Positions 38,518 to 50,800 of a DNA stretch of 64,000 bases are shown here, piece by piece. This DNA is from Macrostomum hystrix (taxonomy: Eukaryota; Animalia; Platyhelminthes). How positions within the stretch are numbered: position 1 is the stretch's first letter; the number at the start of each line of letters is the position of its first letter. A program made the position numbers and the translations under genes. The notes under the pieces were generated by a model. That model saw only the letters and a list, made by a program, of their open reading frames with translations. It searched no databases and was not told the DNA's origin. The stretch is from the NCBI GenBank assembly GCA_950097015.1, contig CATNEN010000026.1:310001-374000 (forward strand). The letters are read 5' to 3'.

Positions 38518-41500
38518 ATGACTTCAAAGCAGATGAAGTACTCCTTCCCCTTGTCACCGACTGCGCTCATTGCTAGACTATGCTGGGTCTGTGCGCTGAG
38601 CAGCAGTGCTCAACAGGTCCTGTCTATAGCAGGTGAGACAAATGTACTTTGAACGTGCGGCTAGTGAAGTTGAAGGTCAATATTTGAGCACCGCAATATC
38701 CTGGGGTTTGAGCATCGATATCCTGGGGTTTGAGCAGCGACATCCTGGGGTTTGAGCATCGATATCCTGGGGTTTGAGCATCTGATCCCTGGGGTTTGAG
38801 CAGCGACATCCTGGGGTTTGAGCATCTGATCCCTGGGGTTTGAGCAGCGACATCCTGGGGTTTGAGCATCTGATCCCTGGGGTTTGAGCAGCGACATCCT
38901 GGGGTTTGAGCATCGATATCCTGGGGTTTGAGCATCTGATCCCTGGGGTTTGAGCAGCGATATCCTGGGGTTTGAGCATCGATATCCTGGGGTTTGAGCA
39001 TCTGATCCCTGGGGTTTGAGCAGCGACATCCTGGGGTTTGAGCATCTGATCCCTGGGGTTTGAGCAGCGACATCCTGGGGTTTGAGCATCTGATCCCTGG
39101 GGTGTGAGCATCTGATCCCTGGGGTTTGAGCATCTGATCCCTGGGGTTTGAGCAGCGACATCCTGGGGTTTGAGCATCGATATCCTGGGGTTTGAGCAGC
39201 GACATCCTGGGGTTTGAGCATCTGATCCCTGGGGTTTGAGCAGCGACATCCTGGGGTTTGAGCATCTGATCCCTGGGGTTTGAGCAGCGACATCCTGGGG
39301 TTTGAGCATCGATATCCTGGGGTTTGAGCATCGATATCCTGGGGTTTGAGCATCGATATCCTGGGCTTTGAGCATCGATATCCTGGGGTTTGAGCAGCGA
39401 TATCCTGGGGTTTGAGCATCGATATCCTGGGGTTTGAGCATCGATATCCTGGGGTTTGAGCATCGATATCCTGGGGTTTGAGCATCGACATCCTGGGGTT
39501 TGAGCATCTGATCCCTGGGGTTTGAGCAGCGACATCCTGGGGTTTGAGCATCTGATCCCTGGGGTGTGAGCATCTGATCCCTGGGGTTTGAGCATCTGAT
39601 CCCTGGGGTTTGAGCAGCGACATCCTGGGGTTTGAGCATCTGATCCCTGGGGTTTGAGCAGCGACATCCTGGGGTTTGAGCATCGATATCCTGGGGTTTG
39701 AGCATCGATATCCTGGGGTTTGAGCATCGATATCCTGGGCTTTGAGCATCGATATCCTGGGGTTTGAGCAGCGATATCCTGGGGTTTGAGCATCGATATC
39801 CTGGGGTTTGAGCATCGATATCCTGGGGTTTGAGCATCGATATCCTGGGGTTTGAGCATCGATATCCTGGGGTTTGAGCATCTGATCCTTGGGGTTTGAG
39901 CATCTGATCCTTGGGGTTTGAGCATCTGATCCCTAGGGTTTGAGCATCGATATCCTGGGCTTTGAGCAGCGATATCCTGGGGTTTGAGCATCTGATCCCT
40001 AGGGTTTGAGCATCGATATCCTGGGGTTTGAGCAGCGCTAGTCTGGGGTTTGAGCATCTAATCTGTAGGATTGAAACATTGCAGTACTAGTTAGTACTAA
40101 CTAACTAGGTTGTAACATCGAACTAGTAGCACATATGTTGATTAATAATCTTGAAATCCTTTTAAATTTAACTTTTTTAAATAGTTGTTTGATTTTAACT
40201 GCTACAGGAGTTTATAATTTAAGAACCCTTGCAAGGCGCATCAATTTAGTCTTATCTTTTTTGCTGAATAATTTCTGAACTCACTCGCTCTTTCATTTCA
40301 ACATTTTCTTAATTTCTGATAGCATGAGTTTGTGCAACGAGTCCAGAAAGTCCGCTGTACGTGCTTTAAAGTGCAAGCAAAGCGCTTTTTATAGACTGAT
40401 ATTTTCATCTGTACTATTATATTCCACCATTCCTACTTGCAGTAGCAGCACATGAAAAAGAAGCGAATATTCAAAAACCTGGCGCTGCAGTTCCAAGCGG
40501 AAATTGGACAGAATCGAACCGAGAGCGTGATGCAGTGAATGCGGCTGCCCGAGTGGTTGAAATCCGATTCTACATACAGAAGATCCACAGCATGGTATGC
40601 ATGCGTCACAATGTTCCCTTGATTTGCCTTGTCACTTACAGATTTGAGTGTCTCAATTTTATCACTCTGTGCTATTGCAGAATGGTAACAGCCAGACCTT
40701 TTACAGTAGCGGAGTTCTGTCATTGGTAAGCAGAGTTTTGTTTTGTTGCTGACCGACAACTGACAATGGCGTGTCAATCATTGAAAACGGCTAGTTCTTT
40801 ATTAATGATTGACAGTTGACATTGTCAGACCAGTGATTGACAGTTGACATTGTCAGACCAGTGATTGACAGTTGACATTGTCAGACTCCAGGGCTCCAGG
40901 GATCCAAATAGCTGAAACGCTGTCAAACAAATAGCTTCCCCGCCTGCACGCAGCGCTGGAACTTGTCCGCCGAGTCACCGCAGTCGCCAGACTCCTGGCA
41001 GCCGCGGGTGGCTCTGTGGAACGCCGAGCTGGCAGATCCGGATCGGCAGGCGCTGCAGCCGCAGCGTCGTCTACGCCTCGAGCGGCATCCATCAACGGGC
41101 CGGCCTGTCGCCGCCATCGCCGAGCACATCCTGCAGCCGGTGGGGCACTGCGATCACGTGAACTTCGTGCACTTCCCCAAGGACCGGCACAACTGCAGCT
41201 TCCAGGTGGGCCGGGGAGTGCTAATTTCGCTGCTTGCTGTGGCTTGCGGGAGGTTTCAAATACATGTCCCAGCCTCTGCTACACACAGCTTTGAGTATGA
41301 AAGACGTCTTTGTAAATTAACTATATTAATTTGAAAATCTCTATTCATCATGTACTATCAGGGCTCCATCGTTTGTTGATAGATGTTGGAAGAGCTCCAT
41401 CGTTTGTTGATAGATGTTGGAAGAGCTACATCATTTGTTGATAGATGTTGGAAGAGCTACATCGTTTGTTGATAGATGTTGGAAGAGCAACATCGTTTGT

Positions 41501-43432
41501 TGATAGATGTTGGAAGAGCTACATCATTTGTTGATAGATGTTGGAAGAGCTCCATCGTTTGTTGATAGATGTTGGAAGAGCTACATCGTTTGTTGATAGA
41601 TGTTGGAAGAGCAACATCGTTTGTTGATAGATGTTGGAAGAGCTACATCATTTGTTGATAGATGTTGGAAGAGCTCCATCGTTTGTTGATAGATGTTGGA
41701 AGAGCTACATCGTTTGTTGATAGATGTTGGAAGAGCAACATCGTTTGTTGATAGATGTTGGAAGAGCTACATCATTTGTTGATAGATGTTGGAAGAGCTA
41801 CATCATTTGTTGATAGATGTTGGAAGAGCTCCATCGTTTGTTGATTGTGGGTGAGTGGCAGAGCGCATAACGCGCCTGCCTCTCGCACCAAGGTCCCTGA
41901 GCTCGATTCCGCGGCGAGGCCACATTCATTTGGGGCGCAGACGCGAAAAGAAGGCTTGGGGGCTTGTCGTGCAATTTTCGTCCTTGAGGGCCAACCTCCA
42001 AGGTACAGTGAGAGCGTACACTGTCTGTCGATGAGAAAGTCAGGGCAGATGTACACACCTGTGTGAGCGTGTGCCTGCGTACGGTATCCGTGTGCGTGTG
42101 TGCACAGGAGTCAGTAAAATGGGCAGCATTTCCTTCTCGCTGGCTGCAGGTTTAGAGTCATTAATTGCCTGCAGCCCTCCTGCAATTAGAATTACTATTA
42201 GTATAATTAAATCCTTTGTTATTAGGGATTGGAAGAGCTCTGTGCCTTTCTTATTCTTATTTTTGTAAATCACTTTGTCAGTGTTTTTTCTATTCAAAGT
42301 GTAATTTTAAAAAAATCCTCCATTCGATTTCGTCTTCTCTCCTCGCGATCCCAGGTGCTATTCGCCGACAGCCTGACTGAGCTAGAAGCCCGCTTCCAGC
42401 TGCCGACCGCAGGCGATGGCCCTGCCGGCTACCTTGTCGGTTGCGACGGCGGCTGGCGTGTACTGTCCGTAGCCGACAACGTGTCCGATATGGCCTGGCC
42501 GGGCGGGTACCGTCGGTCGGTGTACACCTTTGCTGTTAGCGTTCGACGCGAACACCGCTACTACCTGGTTAGCATGCTGCTGCCAGTGTTGTACCTGGTG
42601 CTGCTGCTGTTCATGGTGTTCTCACTGCCCGTGTCCGACGGGCCGGAAAAAATTCAGCTGTCACTGACGGTACTGCTGGCCTTCACAGTCTACCTGATGC
42701 TCACAGACCAGATGATGCCCAAGATTAAGCAGGTGCCAGCGCTTAGTAAGTATTGGCCTTCAAATACTTATAGGGAGGCTCAGTAGTTATGGCCATGGAC
42801 TTCTGACCGAGATGTCTGACAGGATGATGCCCTGACAGGATGATGCCCTGACAGGATGATGCCCTGACAGGATGATGCCCTGACAGGATGATGCCCTGAC
42901 AGGATGATGCCCTGACAGGATGATGCCCTGACAGGATGATGCCCTGACAGGATGACGCCCTGACAGTGTCGTGACAGGATGATGCCCTGACAGGATGGTA
43001 CTTTGACAGGATTTTTTACAAACATAATGATTTTTGTAATTTTACATAATGATGTTTTTACCTGTGCACTAATAATCTGAAATCGTAAATGAACTTCTTC
43101 GAACTAAAAAATCTAAAAATGCTTTTGAAACAATCATAGGCAACTTCCTGAACAGTCTGATGCTAATTGCGACTCTCTACGTGTGTGCCACAGCGGCCAC
43201 CTGCCGGCTAATCCGATCAGGTGAGGGCTGCGGCAGCACCGGCGGCAGCGGCAACTCAACCCAGAGGTCGCTATGGCAGCCTCTTCGGACGGCGCTGCGT
43301 GCCGTTGGCGCCGACGCCGATTGTCCGCAGGCGATGAAGCGACTGGCAACGCGAATCGACCGGGTCCTGATGACTGTCGGCGTGTTGGCCGTCTCCGTGC
43401 TGTTCGTGGTGCTTGTGCTGCCGCTGCTCTGA
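38518..43432 (+). CDS. Divergent Cys-loop ligand-gated ion channel subunit (nAChR-like, non-alpha)
   Basis: Exons 38518-38632 (signal peptide), 40491-40594, 40954-41205, 42355-42745, 43140-43432; the model between 40594 and 40954 is uncertain. Features: WQPRVALWN, Cys-loop CDHVNFVHFPKDRHNC, pre-M1 VRREHRYY, M1 LLP, M2 GPEKIQLSLTVLLAFTVYL, M4 RIDRV. Confidence 0.82.
38690..40057. repeat. 22-bp minisatellite, ~62 copies, LGIC intron 1
   Basis: Unit CCTGGGGTTTGAGCATCGATAT with interspersed variants (CATCTGAT, CAGCGACA, CAGCGATA). Confidence 0.97.
40805..40885. repeat. 28-bp tandem repeat x3
   Basis: Unit TGATTGACAGTTGACATTGTCAGACCAG. Confidence 0.88.
41364..41845. repeat. 31-bp minisatellite, ~15.5 copies, LGIC intron
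   Basis: Unit CTCCATCGTTTGTTGATAGATGTTGGAAGAG with CTAC/CAAC variants. Confidence 0.96.
41849..42210 (+). mobile_element. SINE family A, near full length
   Basis: tRNA-like head GGGTGAGTGGCAGAGCG...AAGGTCCCTGAGCTCGATTCC, body, and 3' end GCAGCCCTCCTGCAATTA with an ATT-like tail. Confidence 0.85.
42817..43005. repeat. 16-bp tandem repeat, ~11 copies, last LGIC intron
   Basis: Unit CTGACAGGATGATGCC. Confidence 0.94.
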
Positions 43433-45422
43433 CTTGATGGAGTTTCTATGATATTTGTCACGCGATTTAGGATACAACGACAGCATCGGGAATGTGGAAA
43501 CATGTTTTCCCGAAGGAAAGAATGAAGACTCACTAAGTAAGCACCGCTTTCTGGTGTCTATTCTCTGTAGCAACTGTTTATTAAGAGCACCCAGACGTGT
43601 CAAGAACGGTGAGATCACGAGGGTCGGAGGGCCATTTTGGTTGGGAGAGATTCAGCAGAGCGTACGCATAAATAACAAATACCCTCGTACTACACGGCAC
43701 AGAGGGGGGACGGCATGGCTGGCTCCGGTCTAAAATTAGAAGCTTACTGGCTTCTAGACTTGCTCGTTACCTAGCCAATGGCACGCGTGCAAGGGGGGTA
43801 GAAAAAACCCGGCTAACCGCGGCTCGATGTAAGACTTACGCAGATCGGCCAATCGCAGCCAAGCACACACTTAAGAGAGAGCGGAAGAGAAAAGTGTGCT
43901 TATATAGCACAAAAATTTTAGTGAAACAAAAATCGTTATTGTGTCATGGAATATTAATATCCCAGATGGGAAATATATCTCGTAACATGAGATGCGGAAC
44001 TTATAAAAAATGCACTCGTAGTTTTGTTTAAATTTTGTGCTTTTTTTCTTTTTTTTCGGGACAACAAATATTTATAATCCCCCCTGTACGATAAATACTG
44101 TAAATTTATACGCGCTTTTAAAAGCTTGCAGATCTTTCTTACGAAGAGACATGTCTTTAGAGTTTAGTATTTTTGTCACCTAACTATAAACGAAATAATA
44201 ATAGTAATAGTGTGGCTCCATTTAAAATGCTTCACTATTTCTGCAGTGCACTTAAAAATGTACATTTGGCAGCAGTAAGTAATGGCATTATGTTTATTTA
44301 ATTTAATAAATACTGCAGTAAAAGTTTTCTTGTACATGAAATATGTATTGAAAAATCGACATACATGTACTTTTCGACGAATGATAACGGGATATGAAGA
44401 ACAATTATGAAGCATCTTACTAACTATAACAAAGAGGTCTATTATACAAAAAAATCACAACAATTTCAATCAGCGAGGGACAGGTCGAACTGACAAATCA
44501 GAATGGAATCACGGCAGCTTATTGCGATACCAGCAATTCAGATTAACATCTGAGATGAACTTGTTATCAATAAATCGAATCTTCACTTTGCCACGCAAAG
44601 CTTATATGACAGAGCATAGTTGTTAGCTAATTAGATATACTTATGCATGTTAGCAGGCGCAAAAAAACTATAGTAGCTAGTTTTTTCTAAAAAAGCAAGA
44701 TTGTCACAACAAATAACTCTAGCTACGCACTAAATTTACTACTTCCGAGTAGCACACATATTTCAGCAATGCTTGAAATAAATAAATTCCAAAGCCCCGA
44801 CTGCTCTCCGTATATTTTTAACAGCAAATATTTTAACAGCTCAGTGAATAAAAACCGATGGGGCAGTGGTTTCAAAGATTTCTGAGCGGTTGGTGCTTGC
44901 TGAAAGACCTTTGGAGGGAATTCTCCTAACAAGATTCTGAAATTTGATTCCCTTGGAAACTAATGATACTGTTGAATTTCGATTTGAATTCGCGCCAAAC
45001 TAAACACAACTAGTTCTTCGATCATTTGTTTAAATGTTTTCTATCCGAATCCACGCGAATCCAAATTAAAATACCGCCAATCTACAAATGACGTAAGAGA
45101 GAAATGGACAACATACAACAGTGGAGCCTAATGGGTATTGACAAACAAAATAAGTAACTGTGCAGTGCAAAACAGCATTCGTTCTCGCTGCATACTCGTA
45201 ATTACCAAACGAATCTTTGAAATATCAAATCCCCGCAAAGTGCTTACTTTTTCTTATAGTACATGTTTGCACGAATTTAAACATATTTTTAATGAAACGA
45301 TCGAAATATGTGGTTTCGTCGCGTCTAAAGTAGGCAAAACAGGTAAATGAACGCTGGCTGCACAGGTGGCATAGGACTGGGCTGTGGCTTTCGGTAAACA
45401 TATATAAAACATAGTCAAGAAT

Positions 45423-47783
45423 TTAACTTTTCCTGGCGTACATTGCGATGGCGTTCTTCCGTCGGAAGGACACCTTGCGCAGCTTGGCCCGATAGTGGTC
45501 GTTCTCGATCTCGCGCACGTGACTAGCCGGGAACCAGCCGCGCACATTGGGGTCGGCCATGCGGCTCCCGAGCAGCCAGCCTGCAGGTAAATGATCTCAA
45601 CCGAGTTAGTCTATGGTCACTGTAAAATACTGTGCCAAAACAATAATTTACTGCAACTTCCGTCCCTACTCGTATTTGTAGACCGACATATTGTCTATTC
45701 CTTTTATTGAATCAACATTAATTGTCAATAGCTTGGAAATGGAATTGAAATTTCGATATGATGAAAATTACCTATATCAGTTTTGGTGTGATTGTGTATT
45801 GATTTTGTTACAGTCAACCTATACTTAATGATCAGGCGATATAGGCTGATAATCGATGCATGGCGATGCTAATCTAGGGAGTGACCAGGTAATGTATCGG
45901 TCAATCTAGGGAGTGACCAGGTAATGTATCGGTCAATCTAGGGAGTGACCAGGTAATGTATCGGTCAATCTAGGGAGTGACCAGATGATGCATTAGTCAA
46001 TCTAGGGAGTGACCAGGTGATGCATTAGTCAATCTAGGGAGTGACCAGGTAATGTATCGGTCAATCTGGGGAGTGACCAGGTGATGTATTAGTCAATCTA
46101 GGGAGTGACCAGGTAATGTATCGGTCAATCTAGGGAGTGACCAGGTGATGCACTTGTCAATCTAGGGAGTGACCAGATGATGCATTAGCCAATCTGGGGA
46201 GTGACCAGGTGATGTATCGGTCAATCTAGAGAGTGACCTTGTGACAGAGGTTGATTGAGTTAGTGACTATGTGACGTAGCAATTGATGGCTAGTGAACAA
46301 TCTCCATGCTGGCATTGTAAATTATCAATCATCACATTGCATGCTTCACACTTGGGTGGCGATTGCACTACTTTGTAAGATGCATCATGCAATGTTCATG
46401 CATGCGTACTATAATTATCTCATATTGGCAAGAATATAGGAGTAGAGTGCAATCTAAACGCTGCGCTTTTCAACGTTTAATTCGATACTCATTGAGTTCA
46501 TCGGCTTACGCCCTATTCTCAGCGACGGATGCTGTTGCTGACCTGCCCTGGTCATTATTTCCTTGGTTAGAATTAAATCAAGGGAATTGTTACAATGCAG
46601 ATCATTCTTGCTTTAAAACAGCATCGTATGCACGGTTTGTTAGTATTAGAAAAATGTGTAGCCGATGCAGCTCAGCACAGACTCACACAAGTTAGGAGGT
46701 TTTACTGTCACTATTCTACAGTACAGTAAGGCCACCCAAGTGTGTTCCAATGTGGAGAGAAACCAATTCAATATGCAAATTTGAAAAAGAAAAGCTGTGT
46801 GTTATTGAAACTACAGAACCGCTTTAATTGACCATGTAGTATTTGCGGAGAACTCAAATTAATGAATTGGAGCAAATTAATTTGCCTCGGTTTTAGAATA
46901 AGCACAGGAGTCTAGGAAAATGACTACCGGCTTCGAAAGTTAATGTAGCAATTCGGGCAAATCGATGATGAGCATGAAACACACAAGGAGTCAAGGACCA
47001 CTAGAAAAAGGACACTTCGTTTCTTGGAAAATTTATTTAGGTCTGATATTCTTGCAAAAATGCACCAGCGGGATGGGAAATTTTCACGTTTTTTACATAA
47101 CAATTAATTCTGATAACTATTTATTGGAAGCAGATCCTTTAATAATTTTTCCAAGAAACGAAGTGTCCCGTCCTTCTTCTTGTAGTGGTCCTTGGAAACA
47201 CCCGTGCCGTGGTAGCTTCAAGAATTGGTTCGGCTCAAGATTCGGCTCATTCATAATGCCCTCCTATGAAGCTCACGTGGTTCTTGCGTGATATTTTGTG
47301 TGGCACTCACCCTCCTCCGTCTTCTTGTAGATGTTGACAATCTCACCCTCGCGCAGCTCCAGGTCGTCTTTCTGCTGCGGTCGGCACGCCTTCACCACTT
47401 TGGCCTGCGGGCAGTCGTCCGGATCGTACACCGGGTCGCCGAGTTCGTCACGCGGACTGAAAATCAGCAGCCATCGGTCGGCCTCCTCGCGAGACTTTGG
47501 CTCCAGTAGGAGGGTCACCTGAATGATGGGGAGGTCAGTTGACATTGTGCTACTTTAGCTGAACAATAAAGGCATATTGCTAAGTATGCTCGCATTACTA
47601 TTCAGGCAAAAGACACTCTGACGGCTTATAGGACTCAAAGATGCAAAGTGATAGCTATGAGTGGCATGTGCAGATGCATAGAATACGCGAGTCTCGAACC
47701 TCGGGCGTTCCGTCCGATTTGTCTAGGATGCGAAGACGCAAGGTTAGTCTCTGAGCTGAACTCGCACTGCCAGAGCCACCGCT

Positions 47784-47824
<41 letters not shown>

Positions 47825-50800
47825 TGCCTCCGACGCTGCCACCAACGCTGCCAACGACGCTGCCTTGAGCTGGAGCACAGTCGGCGTCCACAAACGAGCG
47901 TGGGCAGTGCTTCAGCACTTGAAAGCCCTGGTCGCTGGAATGAAGACGATGAGAAAGTCAGAGCAGATGTACACACCTGTATGAGCGTGTGCCTGCGTAC
48001 AGTATCTGAGTGCATGTGTGCTCAGGAGTCAGCGGAATGGGCAGAATTGCCTCCTCACTGGCTGCAGGTCTAGTGTCACCAAAATGTCACCAAAATCCAC
48101 CCCAAAACTTCAACCCCCAGCTGATTCTGGGGGGTTAGAAGGGAATAATCTATCATCAATCATTCCTGGAAATATTTGGCAGATAATTTTGTCAAGTTTC
48201 GGGGATGCCGGCGGACTCAACTCACCCTTTAGGTTTCGACACGATCAGTAAATCCGAGAAGGCGTGCAACTGCACGTAGGTCTTCTTCAGGGACATCTTG
48301 TTCATGAAACCCTGAGTGTTGGGCACTGCGTTGATCACTCGCATCTGGCCCTCTTTGATCAGGTGTCGGTTGCTTCCCCAGCAGCCCACCTTCTGGAATG
48401 GGGCGTGTGCGAAGCGCGAGAAATGCGATCAACAGTTTAAAGACCACGCGCCATTTCCCCTGGGGAAAGACCACGCGCCATTTCCCCTGGGGAAAGACCA
48501 CGCGCCATTTCCCCTGGGGAAAGACCACGCGCCATTTCCCCTGGGGAAAGACCACGCGCCATTTCCCCGGGGGGAAAGACCACGCGCCATTTCCCCTGGG
48601 GAAAGACCACGCGCCATTTCCCCGGGGGTAAAGACCACGCGCCATTTCCCCTGGGGAAAGACCACGCGCCATTTCCCCTGGGGAAAGACCACAGCAGTTA
48701 TTTCCCCTGGGGAAAGACCACAGCAGTTATTTCCCCTGGGGAAAGACCACAGCAGTTATTTCCCCTGGGGAAAGACCACAGCAGTTATTTCCCCTGGGGA
48801 AAGACCACAGCAGTTATTTCCCCTGGGGAAAGACCACAGCAGTTATTTCCCCTGGGGAAAGACCACAGCAGTTATTTCCCCTGGGGAAAGACCACAGCAG
48901 TTATTTCCCCTGGGGAAAGACCACAGCAGTTATTTCCCCCAGGGAAAGACCACAGCAGTTATTTCCCCTGGGGAAAGACCACAGCAGTTATTTCCCCTGG
49001 GGAAAGACCACAGCAGTTATTTCCCCTGGGGAAAGACCACAGCAGTTGTTTCAAATACCCTGACGATAGCTCTCAAACCAAATGACCGATTTTCGTGAAA
49101 ATCCACTTTTAGGATCAAATCTGGTCGCGCACCTTAACCTTGGTGAAGCACAGCAGGTTCTGCAGCTTCAACATCTGCTCCTTCTCGGACATCATTCGCG
49201 ACTCCTGGTCGCACTCCCTGGCCAAGCTCAGCAGTTGGCCCAACGCCCGCATGCCCAGGTTGTAGCGATCTGAGTTCTCTGGCATCCGGCGCATCACGGC
49301 GTCCATCAGCAGCTGCAGACTCATGGCGCGCTTCATGGGCATCTCCAGGTAGCTCTGGAGCGGGATCATGCGGCACTCCGGCCGCCTCTCCAGCTCGCTG
49401 AGCTGGGCCACAAAGTCTGCGTTTGAACGCAGCTTCTCGAGCGTCTTCGTCTGATAATAAAAGTTGCGACAGTAGTCTTTGTACACTTTCAGCCGCTCGA
49501 TGCTGTCAAGGAGAACCTGGCTGACCGAGTCCATGATGACACATTTCCGCCATTCGTCTTCCAGAGACTTCAGGAATCTGTAAATGTCAGTCTTCGCTAT
49601 TCATCCCAGACCAAACAGGACTACGAAGACAAAAACCAAGAGGACTCACGTGGCTGAGCATTCAAAGATATCGACTATATTTGAGAACAGGTGATGCTTG
49701 TCTAGAGCTTTCACAATAGCGTTTGGTCGAGTGTGATCAAAGAGTGGACACTTGTAGAATATCTCAATGACAACCATCAGGCTCTTGTAGTAAGTGGCTT
49801 CCGTTGTTAATACTTCAAACTGCGCCTGCAAATGGAACAAGGCTTCACATTTATAATTACGTGTTTAATGCAAAAAACATACATCCTTATAGGCCTAGTA
49901 ATAATAATAATAATTGCAGGAGGGCTGCGGGCAATGGCACACCATTTGGTGACACTAGACCTGCAGCCAGCGAGGAGGCAATTCTGCCCATCCCGCTGGC
50001 TCCTGAGCACACACAAACGCACACACAGATACTGTACGCAGGCACACGCTCACACAGGTGTGTATATCTGTCCTGACTTTCTCTTCGTTGGAGGTTGGCC
50101 CTCAAGGGCGTAAATTGCACGACAAGCTCACAAGCCTTCTCTCCGCGGCTGCGCCCCAAATGAACGTGGCCTCGCCGCGGAATCGAGCTTAGGGACCTTG
50201 ACGCGAGAGGCAAACGCGTTAACCACTCTGCCACTGGCCCCCTCCTTATAGGCCTCCTGTTTTATCTAGAAAAAGTTTGACCACCTCCTGCAGCTTGATC
50301 TCGTCCTTGGACAGTTTGGTCAACAGTCCGGATGCCTCCACCTCCTGCATGTTGCGCCACAGGGTGCGCCCCGGGCCGCCAGTGCCAGTGAAGCGAACGG
50401 TCAGCTCGTCGGCGCCCTCCTTTGCGGCCTTCTTCTCCGACTGCTGAACCGGCGCCTTCTTCTTCTGGCCGCATTCAGTCGACTCCTCGTCGTCTTCCTC
50501 GTCCACAAGTGATATGCGCAGGACGTCTGGGGTAGGGCAGGTAGAAGTTTAGACCATTGGCGGAAGGTTAGAGTAATGGATTAGGGTCTCGAAAGCGTAG
50601 TCAAACTGTCGATGGCAAATCAGCACACGCTAAATCTAATAGTGCGATGTTTTCCTTGGGCGCAGCATCAACCGCCTACCTTGCATCTCCTCGTATCCTA
50701 TCCCGACTCGATCGTCGAAAACTGATTTGTACTTGCTGCGATCCTGCAGTTTCACGGCCTGGTCCTGAAGGATGTGGAGAGCAAGACAGGTAATCGGCTT

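Noticed and set aside
38624-40057. 400-477-aa ORFs on the minus strand
   Set aside because: 22-bp array with no stops on that strand, antisense to the LGIC intron.
40642-40684. Extra LGIC exon (FECLNFITLCYCRM)
   Set aside because: The strong acceptor at 40641 is out of phase with the 40594 donor. It would need intron retention or a weak acceptor, so it is left unresolved and not annotated.
48439-49048. CRISPR-like array of ~28-bp palindromic repeats
   Set aside because: Units are head-to-tail with no unique spacers, there are no cas genes, and the context is a spliceosomal intron. The same applies to the other 23-35-bp arrays.
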